Below are positions 46,892-56,286 of a stretch of DNA of 64,000 nt, one piece after another. The notes under the pieces were generated by a model, which did no database searches, was not told where the DNA came from, and saw only the letters and a list, made by a program, of their open reading frames with translations. The translations under genes were made by a program, and so were the position numbers. Numbering within the stretch: the first letter of the stretch is position 1; every line of letters starts with the position of its first letter. Origin of the DNA: Patescibacteria group bacterium (GTDB taxonomy: Bacteria > Patescibacteriota > Minisyncoccia > Phycocordibacterales > UBA9973); the NCBI GenBank assembly GCA_038063535.1, contig JBBTUV010000003.1, positions 416 to 64,415 of the forward strand, in the 5' to 3' direction.

Positions 46892-48079
46892 ATGAATATA
46901 AAGAGTTTTAAAAAATTGAGAATCCCCGAGAAACCAGGCGTGTATTTATTTAAATCTGGAAAGGAAATTCTATATATCGGCAAGGCGACTTCGCTCCGGG
47001 CGCGGACCAGGAGCTATTTTGCGAAGGATCTGATGGAGACCCGCGGGTCGGGTTTGGTCGAGATGCTTACTCGGGCAAAGGGACTTTCCTGGCAGCCGAC
47101 TGAAAGTGTGCTTGAGGCGCTGATCCTAGAGGCTAATCTCATCAAAAAATTCCAGCCAAAATACAACAGCCGCGAGAAGGATGACAAAAGTTTTAATTAT
47201 GTAGTTATCACTAGAGAAAAATTACCCAAGATTATTATCGTACGAGGCAAAAATTTGATTAATTTTAAAGGCTCCGTTTTCGGCCCCTTTATCAATGGGG
47301 GCCAACTGAAAGCGGCACTAAAACTTATACGAAGAATTTTTCCGTTTCTGGATGAGAAGACCAAGAACTACCATGAGTTTTACAAACAGCTCAACTTAGC
47401 TCCCGACTTGGAGAACAGAAAAATGTATTTACAAAACATCAGAAATATACGTTTGTTTTTCCAAGGGAAAAAGAAAAAAATCCTTCGGGGCCTTAAGAAA
47501 GAAATGAAAGAACTTGCAAGAAGTGAAGAATTCGAGAAAGCGGCAGAGATACGCAGGCAAATATTCGCCCTCGAGCACATTAACGATGTGGCGCTCATAA
47601 AAGAAGAGCCTAAAGCGGGGGCGCTGGATTCTCTTTTCCGTATCGAAGCTTATGATGTCGCCCATATCTCTGGGCGGAATATGGTTGGGGTAATGGCGGT
47701 CATTGAGAACGGAATGCCCGCAAAGAGCGAATACAGAAAATTTAAGGTTCGAACGCAGAAAGGAGCAAACGACACCGGCGCGCTTGCGGAAATCGTCGAT
47801 CGGCGTCTCGCGCACCAGGTGTGGCGTTACTCCAATCTGATCGTCGTCGATGGGGGAAGGGCGCAAATAACCGCAGTAGAAAAAGTTCTCGGCAAAGCCG
47901 GAGTAAAAATCCCTGTTCTTGCAGTGGTCAAGGACAAGTTTCACCGGCCGAGGCAGATACTCGGCGATAGGGCTCGAGCCCGTAAATATGAGAAAGAGAT
48001 TATGCTCGCGAACAACGAGGCGCATCGGTTTGCGATCGCATACCACAAAAATTTGAGAGGCCGAGAGTTCCTAAAATGA
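46892..48079 (+). CDS. uvrC: Excinuclease ABC subunit C (short)
   Basis: PGVY.F......YIGKA, P.YN...DDK, UVR motif, RIEAYD..H.SG, VDGG..Q, EAHRFAI.YH. Confidence 0.93.
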   Translation: MNIKSFKKLRIPEKPGVYLFKSGKEILYIGKATSLRARTRSYFAKDLMETRGSGLVEMLTRAKGLSWQPTESVLEALILEANLIKKFQPKYNSREKDDKSFNYVVITREKLPKIIIVRGKNLINFKGSVFGPFINGGQLKAALKLIRRIFPFLDEKTKNYHEFYKQLNLAPDLENRKMYLQNIRNIRLFFQGKKKKILRGLKKEMKELARSEEFEKAAEIRRQIFALEHINDVALIKEEPKAGALDSLFRIEAYDVAHISGRNMVGVMAVIENGMPAKSEYRKFKVRTQKGANDTGALAEIVDRRLAHQVWRYSNLIVVDGGRAQITAVEKVLGKAGVKIPVLAVVKDKFHRPRQILGDRARARKYEKEIMLANNEAHRFAIAYHKNLRGREFLK

Positions 48080-48537
48080 AAACCGTAGTTATTCTTCACA
48101 ACATCAGAAGTGCGGAAAATGTCGGGTCAATGTTCCGGACCTGCGATGCGGCGGGAGTGGATAAGATATATCTCACCGGCTATGCCCCTGCGCCCTTGGA
48201 CCGCTTCGGGCGCAAGAGAAAAGATATAGCGAAATCTGCTCTCGGAGCGGAGGAATTTGTAGAGTGGGAATCGAAGAAGAGTTTGCCCGCACTAATTCGC
48301 AAGTTGAAGCAGGAAAATTTCCGAATTGTTGCCATAGAACAAGACAAAAATTCTATTGATTATCGGAAATTGAAGTTGCGAGAGAAAAATGCCTTTATCA
48401 TGGGAGCAGAAGTGGCAGGGGTTCCCCAAAATATTCTGAAGCTTTGTGACGTGATTGCCGAAATCCCAATGCATGGCAAAAAAGAGTCCTTGAATGTTTC
48501 CGTCGCGCTCGGGGTCGTTCTTTTCTTTCATCTCTGA
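48076..48537 (+). CDS. SpoU/TrmH family RNA methyltransferase
   Basis: NIRS..NVGS.FRT.DA, G.E..G, IPM.G.KESLNVSVA. Confidence 0.92.
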   Translation: MKTVVILHNIRSAENVGSMFRTCDAAGVDKIYLTGYAPAPLDRFGRKRKDIAKSALGAEEFVEWESKKSLPALIRKLKQENFRIVAIEQDKNSIDYRKLKLREKNAFIMGAEVAGVPQNILKLCDVIAEIPMHGKKESLNVSVALGVVLFFHL

Positions 48538-49430
48538 TGAACAGGGCAGAAGTGGGTGCTGCGGCCGGCGAGGGCGATTTTTTTGACGACGCCGCGGCAG
48601 TTTTTTCTTTGGCATTTTTCGTCCGTTCGCTGGTAGGCCATATGGTGCAGTTGAAATTTACCACGCCGGCCGAGGAGGTCACGATAATCGGACATCGAGT
48701 CTCCGCCCAGATCGATGCCTTTCGAGAGTGTCTCTTTAGTTGCCTTTAAAATTGACTTAAGTTCACCTTCTTTTATTTTTGAAACTTTACGTAGCGGATG
48801 CACCCCAGCCCGCCAGAGAATTTCATCAGAATAAATGTTGCCGATGCCGGCAATCACACTCTGATCCATAAGCACAGACTTTACCTTTCCGTTCAGCTTC
48901 TTGCTCAATCTCTCCTTGAACTTTACCAAAGTAAAGTTTTTGTCCAAGGGTTCCGGGCCGATGCCGTTGAGGTGTTTAGTATCGTGAGCGGTCTCCGTGT
49001 CCATTAGCGTGACTTTCCCGAATTTTCGCGCATCCGAAAACGCTAAATGTTTTTTGCCTGATAGTGAAAATACAACATGGATGAATCTATTGAATGGATC
49101 ACCTAGCGGCCCTTCTTTTTTCGGGACCCACTTCCCATCTCTCACTTCATACCTTCCATATAAAAGATGCCCGGTCATCTTCATATGGATGAGAATGGTT
49201 TTTCCGTTATTTAGGTTAATGAGAATGTTCTTTGCTCGTCGTTCAACTGAAACGATCTTCGCATTTCGGACGGCTCGTCTGAATTTCGGGAAAAATTTAG
49301 GATTAGCGATGTTTCCCGCTTGTCTTTTGTCTTTGGTCGAGAGGTCCGTCCAAACATCGAGGATTTTTTTCCTGACAATATACTTTTTCAATCCCCGCAC
49401 CGTCGTTTCTACCTCTGGCAATTCAGGCAT
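48528..49430 (-). CDS. mutM: Formamidopyrimidine-DNA glycosylase
   Basis: MPELPEVET, H.KMTG, D.RKFG, AGIGNIY.DE, C-terminal Zn finger. Confidence 0.97.
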   Translation of the reverse strand: MPELPEVETTVRGLKKYIVRKKILDVWTDLSTKDKRQAGNIANPKFFPKFRRAVRNAKIVSVERRAKNILINLNNGKTILIHMKMTGHLLYGRYEVRDGKWVPKKEGPLGDPFNRFIHVVFSLSGKKHLAFSDARKFGKVTLMDTETAHDTKHLNGIGPEPLDKNFTLVKFKERLSKKLNGKVKSVLMDQSVIAGIGNIYSDEILWRAGVHPLRKVSKIKEGELKSILKATKETLSKGIDLGGDSMSDYRDLLGRRGKFQLHHMAYQRTDEKCQRKNCRGVVKKIALAGRSTHFCPVHQR

Positions 49431-49431
49431 A

Positions 49432-50004
49432 TTAGTATTTTTTCCGATACAGGAAACTTTCGAGGAATGTAAAAATTAAACTTGCATAGAGAAGAAATTC
49501 GGCGGATTTGAGCCAGGAGGAAGAAGTTGCGAAAATTCCGATGAAAATCATGCCGAAGGCAAAACACTGGATCATCATTTTTACTTTCCCGGCCCAATTG
49601 GCCCCCGGAGTTCTCCCGGTGCGCTTTTTGCTCAAGTAAGCACCCCTAGCGTTCAGAAGTTCCAAAACAATTATCACGGTCATCAATCCCCAACCGAAAT
49701 ATCTTGGGACAAAAATTAGCGCAACCAGCCCGATCAGCCCCCGGTCTGCGACTGCGTCTAAAATTTTTCCAAGGTCAGTCACCTGGCTTCTTTTTCTTGC
49801 CAGAGCGCCGTCTACCGCGTCAGTTAGAGCTGCGATGGTAAAAATGGCTAACCCCCAAACATACGATTCATTTAGTAGCGAATAAAAAATAAAAGGTAAA
49901 GACCAAATTCTCAGCCCGCTTACTTGGTTCGGTGTAATTTTTTTTGGGATTAAACGAAGCAGGGTGATTTCGAGGAAGTTGTCGGAATATTTTTGCAGAT
50001 TCAT
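49432..50004 (-). CDS. CDP-alcohol phosphatidyltransferase (PgsA-like)
   Basis: TPNQ, D.VDG.LARKR.Q.T.LG..LD..AD, GK.KM..Q. Confidence 0.92.
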   Translation of the reverse strand: MNLQKYSDNFLEITLLRLIPKKITPNQVSGLRIWSLPFIFYSLLNESYVWGLAIFTIAALTDAVDGALARKRSQVTDLGKILDAVADRGLIGLVALIFVPRYFGWGLMTVIIVLELLNARGAYLSKKRTGRTPGANWAGKVKMMIQCFAFGMIFIGIFATSSSWLKSAEFLLYASLIFTFLESFLYRKKY

Positions 50005-50011
50005 ATAAATT

Positions 50012-50566
50012 CTATCTTCCGCCTAGAATTTTGAGCGCTTCTTTTATTTTCGCATTCGTGTCCGAGGCCCCGGAGACTTTTTTGAGAGCTTCGCGGGCTT
50101 CACTCTGCGAATAGCCGAGGGATTTCAGGGCCTCAAGCGCGTCGAGCTCTCCGGCAAGCGACGTTCCTCCCTCGTCAGAGATTTTATCGCGCAGTTCAAC
50201 CACAATCTTCTCCGCGGTTTTTCTGCCGATACCGGAGACCTTAGTCAGATATGCCGTATCGCCGGTAGAAACTGCCTTACGCAAGGTTTCAAGCGTTGCG
50301 ATGCCCAGGATCGCCAGTGCCGATTTCGGCCCGATGCTGGGAACGGAAAGGAGCATCTCAAAAAACTCTAAGTTTTCCCTGTTTTCGAATCCGTATAACT
50401 CAATCGCGTCCTCGCGGACATGGGTGTGCGTCCAAAGAAACGCATCGCCGGCAACCTTGGATATAGTCTCGGGGGTAGCGTTTATTTTGTACCCGACTCC
50501 ACCTGATTCGACAACCAGAAACTTCTCGGTTTTTAGTATGACTTTCCCTCTCAAGCTTCCTATCAT
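50012..50566 (-). CDS. ruvA: Holliday junction binding protein
   Basis: MIGSL.G, GVGY, VRED...LYGF, IGPK.AL, GIG.KTAE.I.VEL, AL..LGY. Confidence 0.97.
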   Translation of the reverse strand: MIGSLRGKVILKTEKFLVVESGGVGYKINATPETISKVAGDAFLWTHTHVREDAIELYGFENRENLEFFEMLLSVPSIGPKSALAILGIATLETLRKAVSTGDTAYLTKVSGIGRKTAEKIVVELRDKISDEGGTSLAGELDALEALKSLGYSQSEAREALKKVSGASDTNAKIKEALKILGGR

Positions 50567-50621
50567 AAGTTAACTTTACCATAAGTTTGCAATTGAACCA
50601 GCTTTCTGTTAAATTACCCCC

Positions 50622-50873
50622 ATGCCAATTACAAAGGGAGCCAAGAAAGCGATCCGCGGTTCTGCTCGCAAGCGCGGGTACAATGAACGCCGGAAGCGCG
50701 CGATGAGGGAGATCATAAAGAAGATCGAGAAACTGGCAAAGACCGATAAAAAAGAAGCGGAAAAACTTCTCGCCTCTGTCTATCAAACTATTGATAAGGC
50801 AGCTAAGGTTGGAGTAATCAAAAAGAACAATGCCGCACGCAAAAAATCCCGCTTAGCAAGGTTAGTTAAGTAG
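50622..50873 (+). CDS. rpsT: 30S ribosomal protein S20
   Basis: MPITKGAKK..R, IDKAAK.GVIKKN.AARKKSRL; promoter TTGCAA-17-TAAATT, ATG 6 nt later. Confidence 0.97.
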   Translation: MPITKGAKKAIRGSARKRGYNERRKRAMREIIKKIEKLAKTDKKEAEKLLASVYQTIDKAAKVGVIKKNNAARKKSRLARLVK

Positions 50874-50891
50874 GATTTTTGTTGGCCGTTC

Positions 50892-53800
50892 TTAAGACTG
50901 TGCTACGCGGCTCTCCGGAGATTGTTTGAACAGATGTCGAATGAGTGCGGCGAGGATGAGCAAGAGGATAAGAAGTATCAGCCAGCCGAAGAAGGTCGAG
51001 GGCAGGAAATCGCCGCCGAAGAGAGCGGCCGCTCCGAGAACCGAACCAGCTCCAGTAAATCTGTGGGTAGTATAAGCAACTGCGTCTCCCTGAGTATCGT
51101 TCGGAGTAGTGTAGACGAGATTCGCTACCACCACTATTTGTTCTCCGCTTTCCGTGCTGCGGTTTGCCGAAGCTACCAAGAAGAGATCATCGGTATCCCC
51201 TGGGCGCAAAGTGCCCACATCAAGATTGAGAGAGTTGTCAGCGCTTGAGAAAACTCCCTTGTTCGATCCATCATAGGTCATGGTCTTTGGAAGAAGAACC
51301 CGGAGAACAACATCTCGGAGAATTTGGCTTGAGACGTTCTCCCATGTCACTTGATAGTATCTCTGCTCGCCGGCGGTAATTATTTCCGCTCCGCCGTCGA
51401 TGCTGAGTTTCACAAGTTCCCCTGCTCCGCTCCCGCCGATCAGGCTGGTAGTACGGATGACTGTTGGCGCAGCTGCGATGAACTGAGAGATTTCATTAGT
51501 GATAAAGGAGAGGATTGCGCCGTTTGATCTTCCGTAAGCGTTTTCGGCAACGGCCCGGTAATAATACACCGTTCTCGGAGAAAGCCCACTCGCAACCGCC
51601 GGATGTACCACCGAAGCTTGGGTTCCGACAGAATCCCTTTGAGTAGAGAAGCCCAAGCCCGGTGTCGCACCCCACTCAAACCAAGCAGTCGCTGAAATTC
51701 CCGAGCTATTGAGGATCAGGGAGCTTAGTTGCGCGTTGCCGCTCGTTATGTTTATTGCGCTAGTGGTAATGGCGGTCGGGGCGTTGCCGAAATCTTGATC
51801 TGTGTCGCCGTCCCTGACCCGGATAGTCACCAGGTCGTCATCCGAATCATCATCGTTTTCGCAACGGATGCTGAAGGTGGTATCGCGGGTGAGGGAACCC
51901 GTATTGAACGATCCGTCGGTATCAAGGTCGCGATTTCTCCAGTTCGAGGTGCCGTCCTCGCCTTCGCAGGAATCTGCGTTGTCGGAATTCCAGCGGATAC
52001 GGGTCGAATCTCCGCTATCTATACTTGTGTCATCAGCAGTTAAGTCCACCGAAACGTTTCCTCCACCGTTGTCTGTTCGAATGGTTACCGAGTCGCTGTC
52101 TTCATCGCCGTTGTTATCAAAGCAAGTGATCCGGAAAGTCGTGTCGCGGTCAAGGTCACCGGTGTCTCTGGATCCGTCGGTGCCCAAATCTCTTCCGTTC
52201 CATCCGTTGTCGCCGTCCTCCCCCTCGCAGAAATCTGCATTGTCAGAAGTCCAGCGGACACGAGTGCTGTCACCTTCATCGATGCGTGTGTCGTCGGCGG
52301 AAATATCAACCGAGACGTTTCCGCCGTTGTCTTCGTCTACGTTTATCGTCACCGAATCGGAATCCGAGCTCGAGTTGTTAGAGCAGACGATGCTGAAAGT
52401 TCTCGTTGAAGTGAGATCTCCAGTGAAAAAAGTTCCTGATGGCCCCCTTGTCCCGCTCCAGCCGCCGGTTCCGCCTGATGCCTGGCAAGAGTTTGCATTA
52501 TTTGCCTGCCAATGGACAATCGTAGAGTCTCGAAAGTTGACGTCATCGTCGTCTGCCCAGATGTCTACGCTCACCTGATTGTTTTGCTGATATCGGCAAG
52601 GCAATAGCCCGCCGTAATTCAGAGCTTGGGGGTCTTGGCAAGTTTGCTGTTGCTGCTCTTGTCCCACTTGCACGGTAACTTGCTCGCTCGAAGTTCCTGC
52701 CGAATTTGAACAAGAAAGAGTGAAAGTGGTGGTGGAGAAGAGCGCTCCGGTTGGGAAAGAAGAATAGAGAGATGTGCTCTTTGCACCCGACCATCCGCTT
52801 GACCCACCCGAGCCGGAACATGCTACCGGATTATTAGTCGGGTTCCAGCGAATGACAGTCGAGCCGGCGTAAGGCATGAATGTACTATCCGCACGCAAGT
52901 TCACGATCGGGCGATTGACTTGTTCGTACAGACAAGGTAGGGGTCCTCCAAAATTCAATGCCTGCGGATCTTGGCAAGTTTGCACTTGCTGTTGGCCGGC
53001 TTGGACGGTTACAGATTCTTGATTAGAGGTTCCCGCGGAATTCGTGCAAGTCATTAAGAACGTAGTGGTGTTTGTGAGTGATCCGGTATTGAATGTACCA
53101 TTCGTGGCGCTTCTCGCCCCGCTCCAACCGTTGGTGCCGCCTGAGGCCTGGCAGGAAGTTGGGTTGTTCGTCGGGAACCATCGAATAGTAGTGGAGCCGT
53201 TATACGGAACAAAAGTACGGTCGGCAGAGAGATTGACCACTGGCCGAATTACTTGCTTATACTGACACGGAAGAGGCCCACCGTAGTTTAGAGCTTGCGG
53301 ATCCTGACAAACTTGAGGAGGTGGCGGAGGAGGTGGCGGAGGAGGTGGCGGCTGGTTACCGACTTGAATTGTCACAAAATCCATATCAGATTGTCCAGAA
53401 TTGTTGAAACAAGTAACGGTGAAATTTTGGGAATTGCTAAGCGCTCCGGTAAAGAAACTGCCGGAGGTTTGTCGCAGACCCGCCCAATTATTTGCCCCAC
53501 CGCTTCCCTGGCAGGATGTTGCGTTCGAAGAATTCCAGCGGACGATGGTAGAACCGCCAAAGCTTAAAACCATTTGATCGGCGGTGATATCAACATTGGG
53601 TTGCGCAGGAGGCGGTGGCGGTGGTGGTGGTGGTGGAGGTGGCGGGTTGACTTGGTTTACGAAAACAGAAACGCTTTCACTATCTGAGAGCCCACTTGCA
53701 CTATCAGTGCAGCGGATACTGAAAGTTGTGGTAGAGGCAGGAAAGAAATCCGCGCGGCCGGTCAGAGGTTTTCCGCCCGGCCAAATGCCCATTCCGCCTG

Positions 53801-54338
53801 AGCCGTTGCAGTTAAGAGTCGAAGAATTTAGGGGTTGTGCGGTCCAGGTAATGCTGGCAACCTGGCCGTTTTGGATTGTAGTAGAACCTCCTTGACCATT
53901 GGCAAAGATATCGACACTAACCTGTGGAGGCGGCGGTGGTGGAGGAGGAGGAGGTGGAGGAGGAGGAGGTGGGGGCGGAGTATCACAAACAGATGTTTTG
54001 AAAGAGATGGTATTTCCTGTCGATTTACCGGAGCTATTTTGCGCCATGGCTCGGTAATAGTAGGTTGTATTTTGGCTCAAGTTAGAAATTTGGGCGCTGA
54101 AATTTAAAGGGGAAGTAAATGTTTGAGGCGAAGTCGCGTACCCGAGAGACTTAGTCGGCCCCCATTCGAACCACACTGCGGTGGCTTTGCCGTTCGGGTC
54201 GACGAATCCGCTCAGAGTCGCGCTATTACATGTCGGAACCGCATATTGCGCGGAGACTGGAGCCTCGCTCGCGAAAAGACTCAGGGCCATTACTAAACCT
54301 GTGATTAAAACAATCGCTGATTTTATTTTTCTGTTCAT
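50892..54338 (-). CDS. Large repetitive cell-surface protein (FN3-like, Ig-like repeats, polyproline linkers, C-terminal TM anchor)
   Basis: Signal peptide; WFEWG..YYYRA.A.N FN3-like units at both ends; about 7 W...N...C.....W.G repeats; P18/P13/P12 runs; C-terminal TM followed by basic residues. Confidence 0.85.
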   Translation of the reverse strand: MNRKIKSAIVLITGLVMALSLFASEAPVSAQYAVPTCNSATLSGFVDPNGKATAVWFEWGPTKSLGYATSPQTFTSPLNFSAQISNLSQNTTYYYRAMAQNSSGKSTGNTISFKTSVCDTPPPPPPPPPPPPPPPPPPQVSVDIFANGQGGSTTIQNGQVASITWTAQPLNSSTLNCNGSGGMGIWPGGKPLTGRADFFPASTTTFSIRCTDSASGLSDSESVSVFVNQVNPPPPPPPPPPPPPAQPNVDITADQMVLSFGGSTIVRWNSSNATSCQGSGGANNWAGLRQTSGSFFTGALSNSQNFTVTCFNNSGQSDMDFVTIQVGNQPPPPPPPPPPPPQVCQDPQALNYGGPLPCQYKQVIRPVVNLSADRTFVPYNGSTTIRWFPTNNPTSCQASGGTNGWSGARSATNGTFNTGSLTNTTTFLMTCTNSAGTSNQESVTVQAGQQQVQTCQDPQALNFGGPLPCLYEQVNRPIVNLRADSTFMPYAGSTVIRWNPTNNPVACSGSGGSSGWSGAKSTSLYSSFPTGALFSTTTFTLSCSNSAGTSSEQVTVQVGQEQQQQTCQDPQALNYGGLLPCRYQQNNQVSVDIWADDDDVNFRDSTIVHWQANNANSCQASGGTGGWSGTRGPSGTFFTGDLTSTRTFSIVCSNNSSSDSDSVTINVDEDNGGNVSVDISADDTRIDEGDSTRVRWTSDNADFCEGEDGDNGWNGRDLGTDGSRDTGDLDRDTTFRITCFDNNGDEDSDSVTIRTDNGGGNVSVDLTADDTSIDSGDSTRIRWNSDNADSCEGEDGTSNWRNRDLDTDGSFNTGSLTRDTTFSIRCENDDDSDDDLVTIRVRDGDTDQDFGNAPTAITTSAINITSGNAQLSSLILNSSGISATAWFEWGATPGLGFSTQRDSVGTQASVVHPAVASGLSPRTVYYYRAVAENAYGRSNGAILSFITNEISQFIAAAPTVIRTTSLIGGSGAGELVKLSIDGGAEIITAGEQRYYQVTWENVSSQILRDVVLRVLLPKTMTYDGSNKGVFSSADNSLNLDVGTLRPGDTDDLFLVASANRSTESGEQIVVVANLVYTTPNDTQGDAVAYTTHRFTGAGSVLGAAALFGGDFLPSTFFGWLILLILLLILAALIRHLFKQSPESRVAQS

Positions 54339-54413
54339 ATTTTTTTATTAAGTAAAAATTTTGTTTTTACTTTCCGAAATCATGAACTTCCTGATTCATA
54401 ACTTTGGAAGGTA

Positions 54414-54434
54414 GGGGAGGAATGATCACTCCCC
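54414..54434 (-). terminator. Hairpin downstream of the 54452-55105 gene
   Basis: GGGGAG-9nt-CTCCCC; no strong U-tract. Confidence 0.4.
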
Positions 54435-54451
54435 AAACTCACTTCTTACTG

Positions 54452-55105
54452 TCAGCCGCCGTTGGGGGGGATGGTGGCGATGAAAGCCTTGGCATCGTTT
54501 CCGAGGGCTTTGATCCCTCGGTAGCCACCGTAGCCGACAGCGGCAAATCCCACGAGGCATGCTCCGAATTGGAGCGGCCCTCTAGTACACCAGGCGCCTC
54601 CTCCACCTTTCGGCACCGAGACCATTTGAAGGTTGGGCCGTTGCGTGGAATCGCGCACTGTCACGTCAACCTTGATGCCGATCTGGCCGGTAAAGACGTG
54701 AGTGGTGGTGTCGGAGCGGCGTCCAATGACTGCGATTGGCGGAGGAGCCGGAATTTGTTCCTGCGGTGCCGGGGTTTCGGGAATCACGAATCCCTTGGCG
54801 CCGTTCCCGCAATCCCAGCGTCTCGTAATGGTGGACCCCCTTGCCACCATTTTCGTACCGGTTGCTTGGGCGACGATTGCCCAGCGGCCGCCGGCAATCT
54901 CCATCTCTCCGCACTGACGTTGCTCCAGCGTGACGATGCGTTCCCCTTCCTTAAGCGGCTTATGGCCGCTGAGGAAGGAGGGAGTGTAAACTTCCGCAGA
55001 AGCCTCGCAGGCTTCCATAGAAGTGAACACCCCAGGGATCTGTTGTGCCTCGGCCCGGATAGAAACCAGGGCGAGCGCAACGAGCGCCAGGGTATTTCGC
55101 TTCAT
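54452..55105 (-). CDS. Secreted/membrane hypothetical protein
   Basis: Signal peptide (..AEA|QQ), several Cys, Pro linker, C-terminal hydrophobic segment; strong GGAGG upstream. Confidence 0.7.
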   Translation of the reverse strand: MKRNTLALVALALVSIRAEAQQIPGVFTSMEACEASAEVYTPSFLSGHKPLKEGERIVTLEQRQCGEMEIAGGRWAIVAQATGTKMVARGSTITRRWDCGNGAKGFVIPETPAPQEQIPAPPPIAVIGRRSDTTTHVFTGQIGIKVDVTVRDSTQRPNLQMVSVPKGGGGAWCTRGPLQFGACLVGFAAVGYGGYRGIKALGNDAKAFIATIPPNGG

Positions 55106-55220
55106 AGTAGGCCCCTCCCAGGGCCAAAAACATTAAAAGTTGTAAGATCAAAAACCTAGCGGAATCATATCATATTATGGAAAAAAGTCAATAGAAAAGT
55201 GTTAACAGAAAGTCACCTTG

Positions 55221-55292
55221 TGACCCCATCAGGAATCGAACCTGAATTACAAGATCCGCAATCTTGCGTTCTATCCGTTGAACTATGGGGCC
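55221..55292 (-). tRNA. tRNA-Arg(GCG)
   Basis: Acceptor GGCCCCA/TGGGGTC, anticodon arm CAAGA-TTGCGGA-TCTTG, T-arm TCAGG-TTCGATT-CCTGA. Confidence 0.93.
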
Positions 55293-55301
55293 GGTTTAGT
55301 C

Positions 55302-55784
55302 CTAGAACCCGAGCCTCTCCATTATTTTCTCCGAGAGATGCTCGCGCATCTCTTCTTCAGGAATTTCCTTTGCAAGAAAGACATTCCGTACCGCATAGGC
55401 ATGTGCTTCGTCGATCGGCACGGAAAGTATCGGCATAAAAAACCGCTCGGTGTGAATGAAAAGAAGAGGCTTTACGGAAGCTCCGTCGTGCGCTCCGCTC
55501 TGCACCCAGAAGGATTTTATACTTTCATATGTGTAAAGTCGAGTTTTGATCCTAAGGCCGCGGTTGTCGAGCTGGTAGGAGATTGTCTCCGGCGGGCGCA
55601 CGGAGAAAGTCCAAAGAAGTGCTCCGCCCAGCACGATCAGCGCCGCGAAAAAGTAATTCGCAAATATTATCGAAGCGAGCGCGGCGGTGACGATAATGAC
55701 TCCGAGCGCCCAGAACCAGTCTTTGCTCCTTTCCTTCTGTTCGTACTCCGGTGCAGCCCACTCTATTTTCTCCGGTCCGTCCAT
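55302..55784 (-). CDS. Conserved CPR membrane protein (two TM plus PH-like domain)
   Basis: W.APEY...ERS.DWFW, 2 TMs, Y.Y..IKSFW, C-terminal LGF. Confidence 0.75.
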   Translation of the reverse strand: MDGPEKIEWAAPEYEQKERSKDWFWALGVIIVTAALASIIFANYFFAALIVLGGALLWTFSVRPPETISYQLDNRGLRIKTRLYTYESIKSFWVQSGAHDGASVKPLLFIHTERFFMPILSVPIDEAHAYAVRNVFLAKEIPEEEMREHLSEKIMERLGF

Positions 55785-55830
55785 CCTTTAATTATATCAG
55801 ATTTTCTGCTACAATCCCCGTGTTTATAAG

Positions 55831-55915
55831 GGAGGCGTCGCATAGTGGTTTAGTGCACCTGTCTTGAAAACAGGAGTGTCGAAAGGCACCGTGAGTTCGA
55901 ATCTCACCGCCTCCG
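55831..55915 (+). tRNA. tRNA-Ser(TGA)
   Basis: Acceptor GGAGGCG/CGCCTCC, anticodon arm CCTGT-CTTGAAA-ACAGG, long variable arm GTGTC-GAAA-GGCAC, G73. Confidence 0.95.
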
Positions 55916-55918
55916 CCC

Positions 55919-56272
55919 ATGAGATTTTTGGGCATTGATTATGGAGCAAAAAGAATAGGGATAGCGCTTTCTGACGAAGGGGGGAAGCTTGCCTTTCCGC
56001 GGGAGATCTTGCCGAACGACTCGAAAGTCTTTGAGAAACTTGAGGGCATAATTCGAGATGAGGGTGTAGCGGAAATAGTTATCGGAGAAACAGATTTGAT
56101 TTTGAGGGAGACCGAAATATTTCGGGAGCAACTGGCTCAAAGATTTGGAATAGCGGTGAGGAGGCAAAAAGAAGAATTGACAACCCGGGAGGCACGACGC
56201 TACCAAGGGGGAGTTGCCGACGCACGGGCGGCCGCGCTCATTCTGCAGCGATACTTGGACAGAAAAACCTGA
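55919..56272 (+). CDS. ruvX: YqgF/RuvX pre-16S rRNA nuclease
   Basis: LGIDYG.KRIGIALSD, EELTT.EA, DA.AAALILQRYLD. Confidence 0.93.
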   Translation: MRFLGIDYGAKRIGIALSDEGGKLAFPREILPNDSKVFEKLEGIIRDEGVAEIVIGETDLILRETEIFREQLAQRFGIAVRRQKEELTTREARRYQGGVADARAAALILQRYLDRKT

Positions 56273-56286
56273 TATAATTATTGCAA

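Noticed and set aside
51780-53980. Repeats that might be a CRISPR array or DGR template/variable pair
   Set aside because: They are in-frame, codon-degenerate protein repeats; no constant repeat-spacer period, cas genes or reverse transcriptase.
54404-55159. 251-aa plus-strand ORF
   Set aside because: Antisense to the 217-aa ORF that has a signal peptide and SD; a GC-rich shadow frame.
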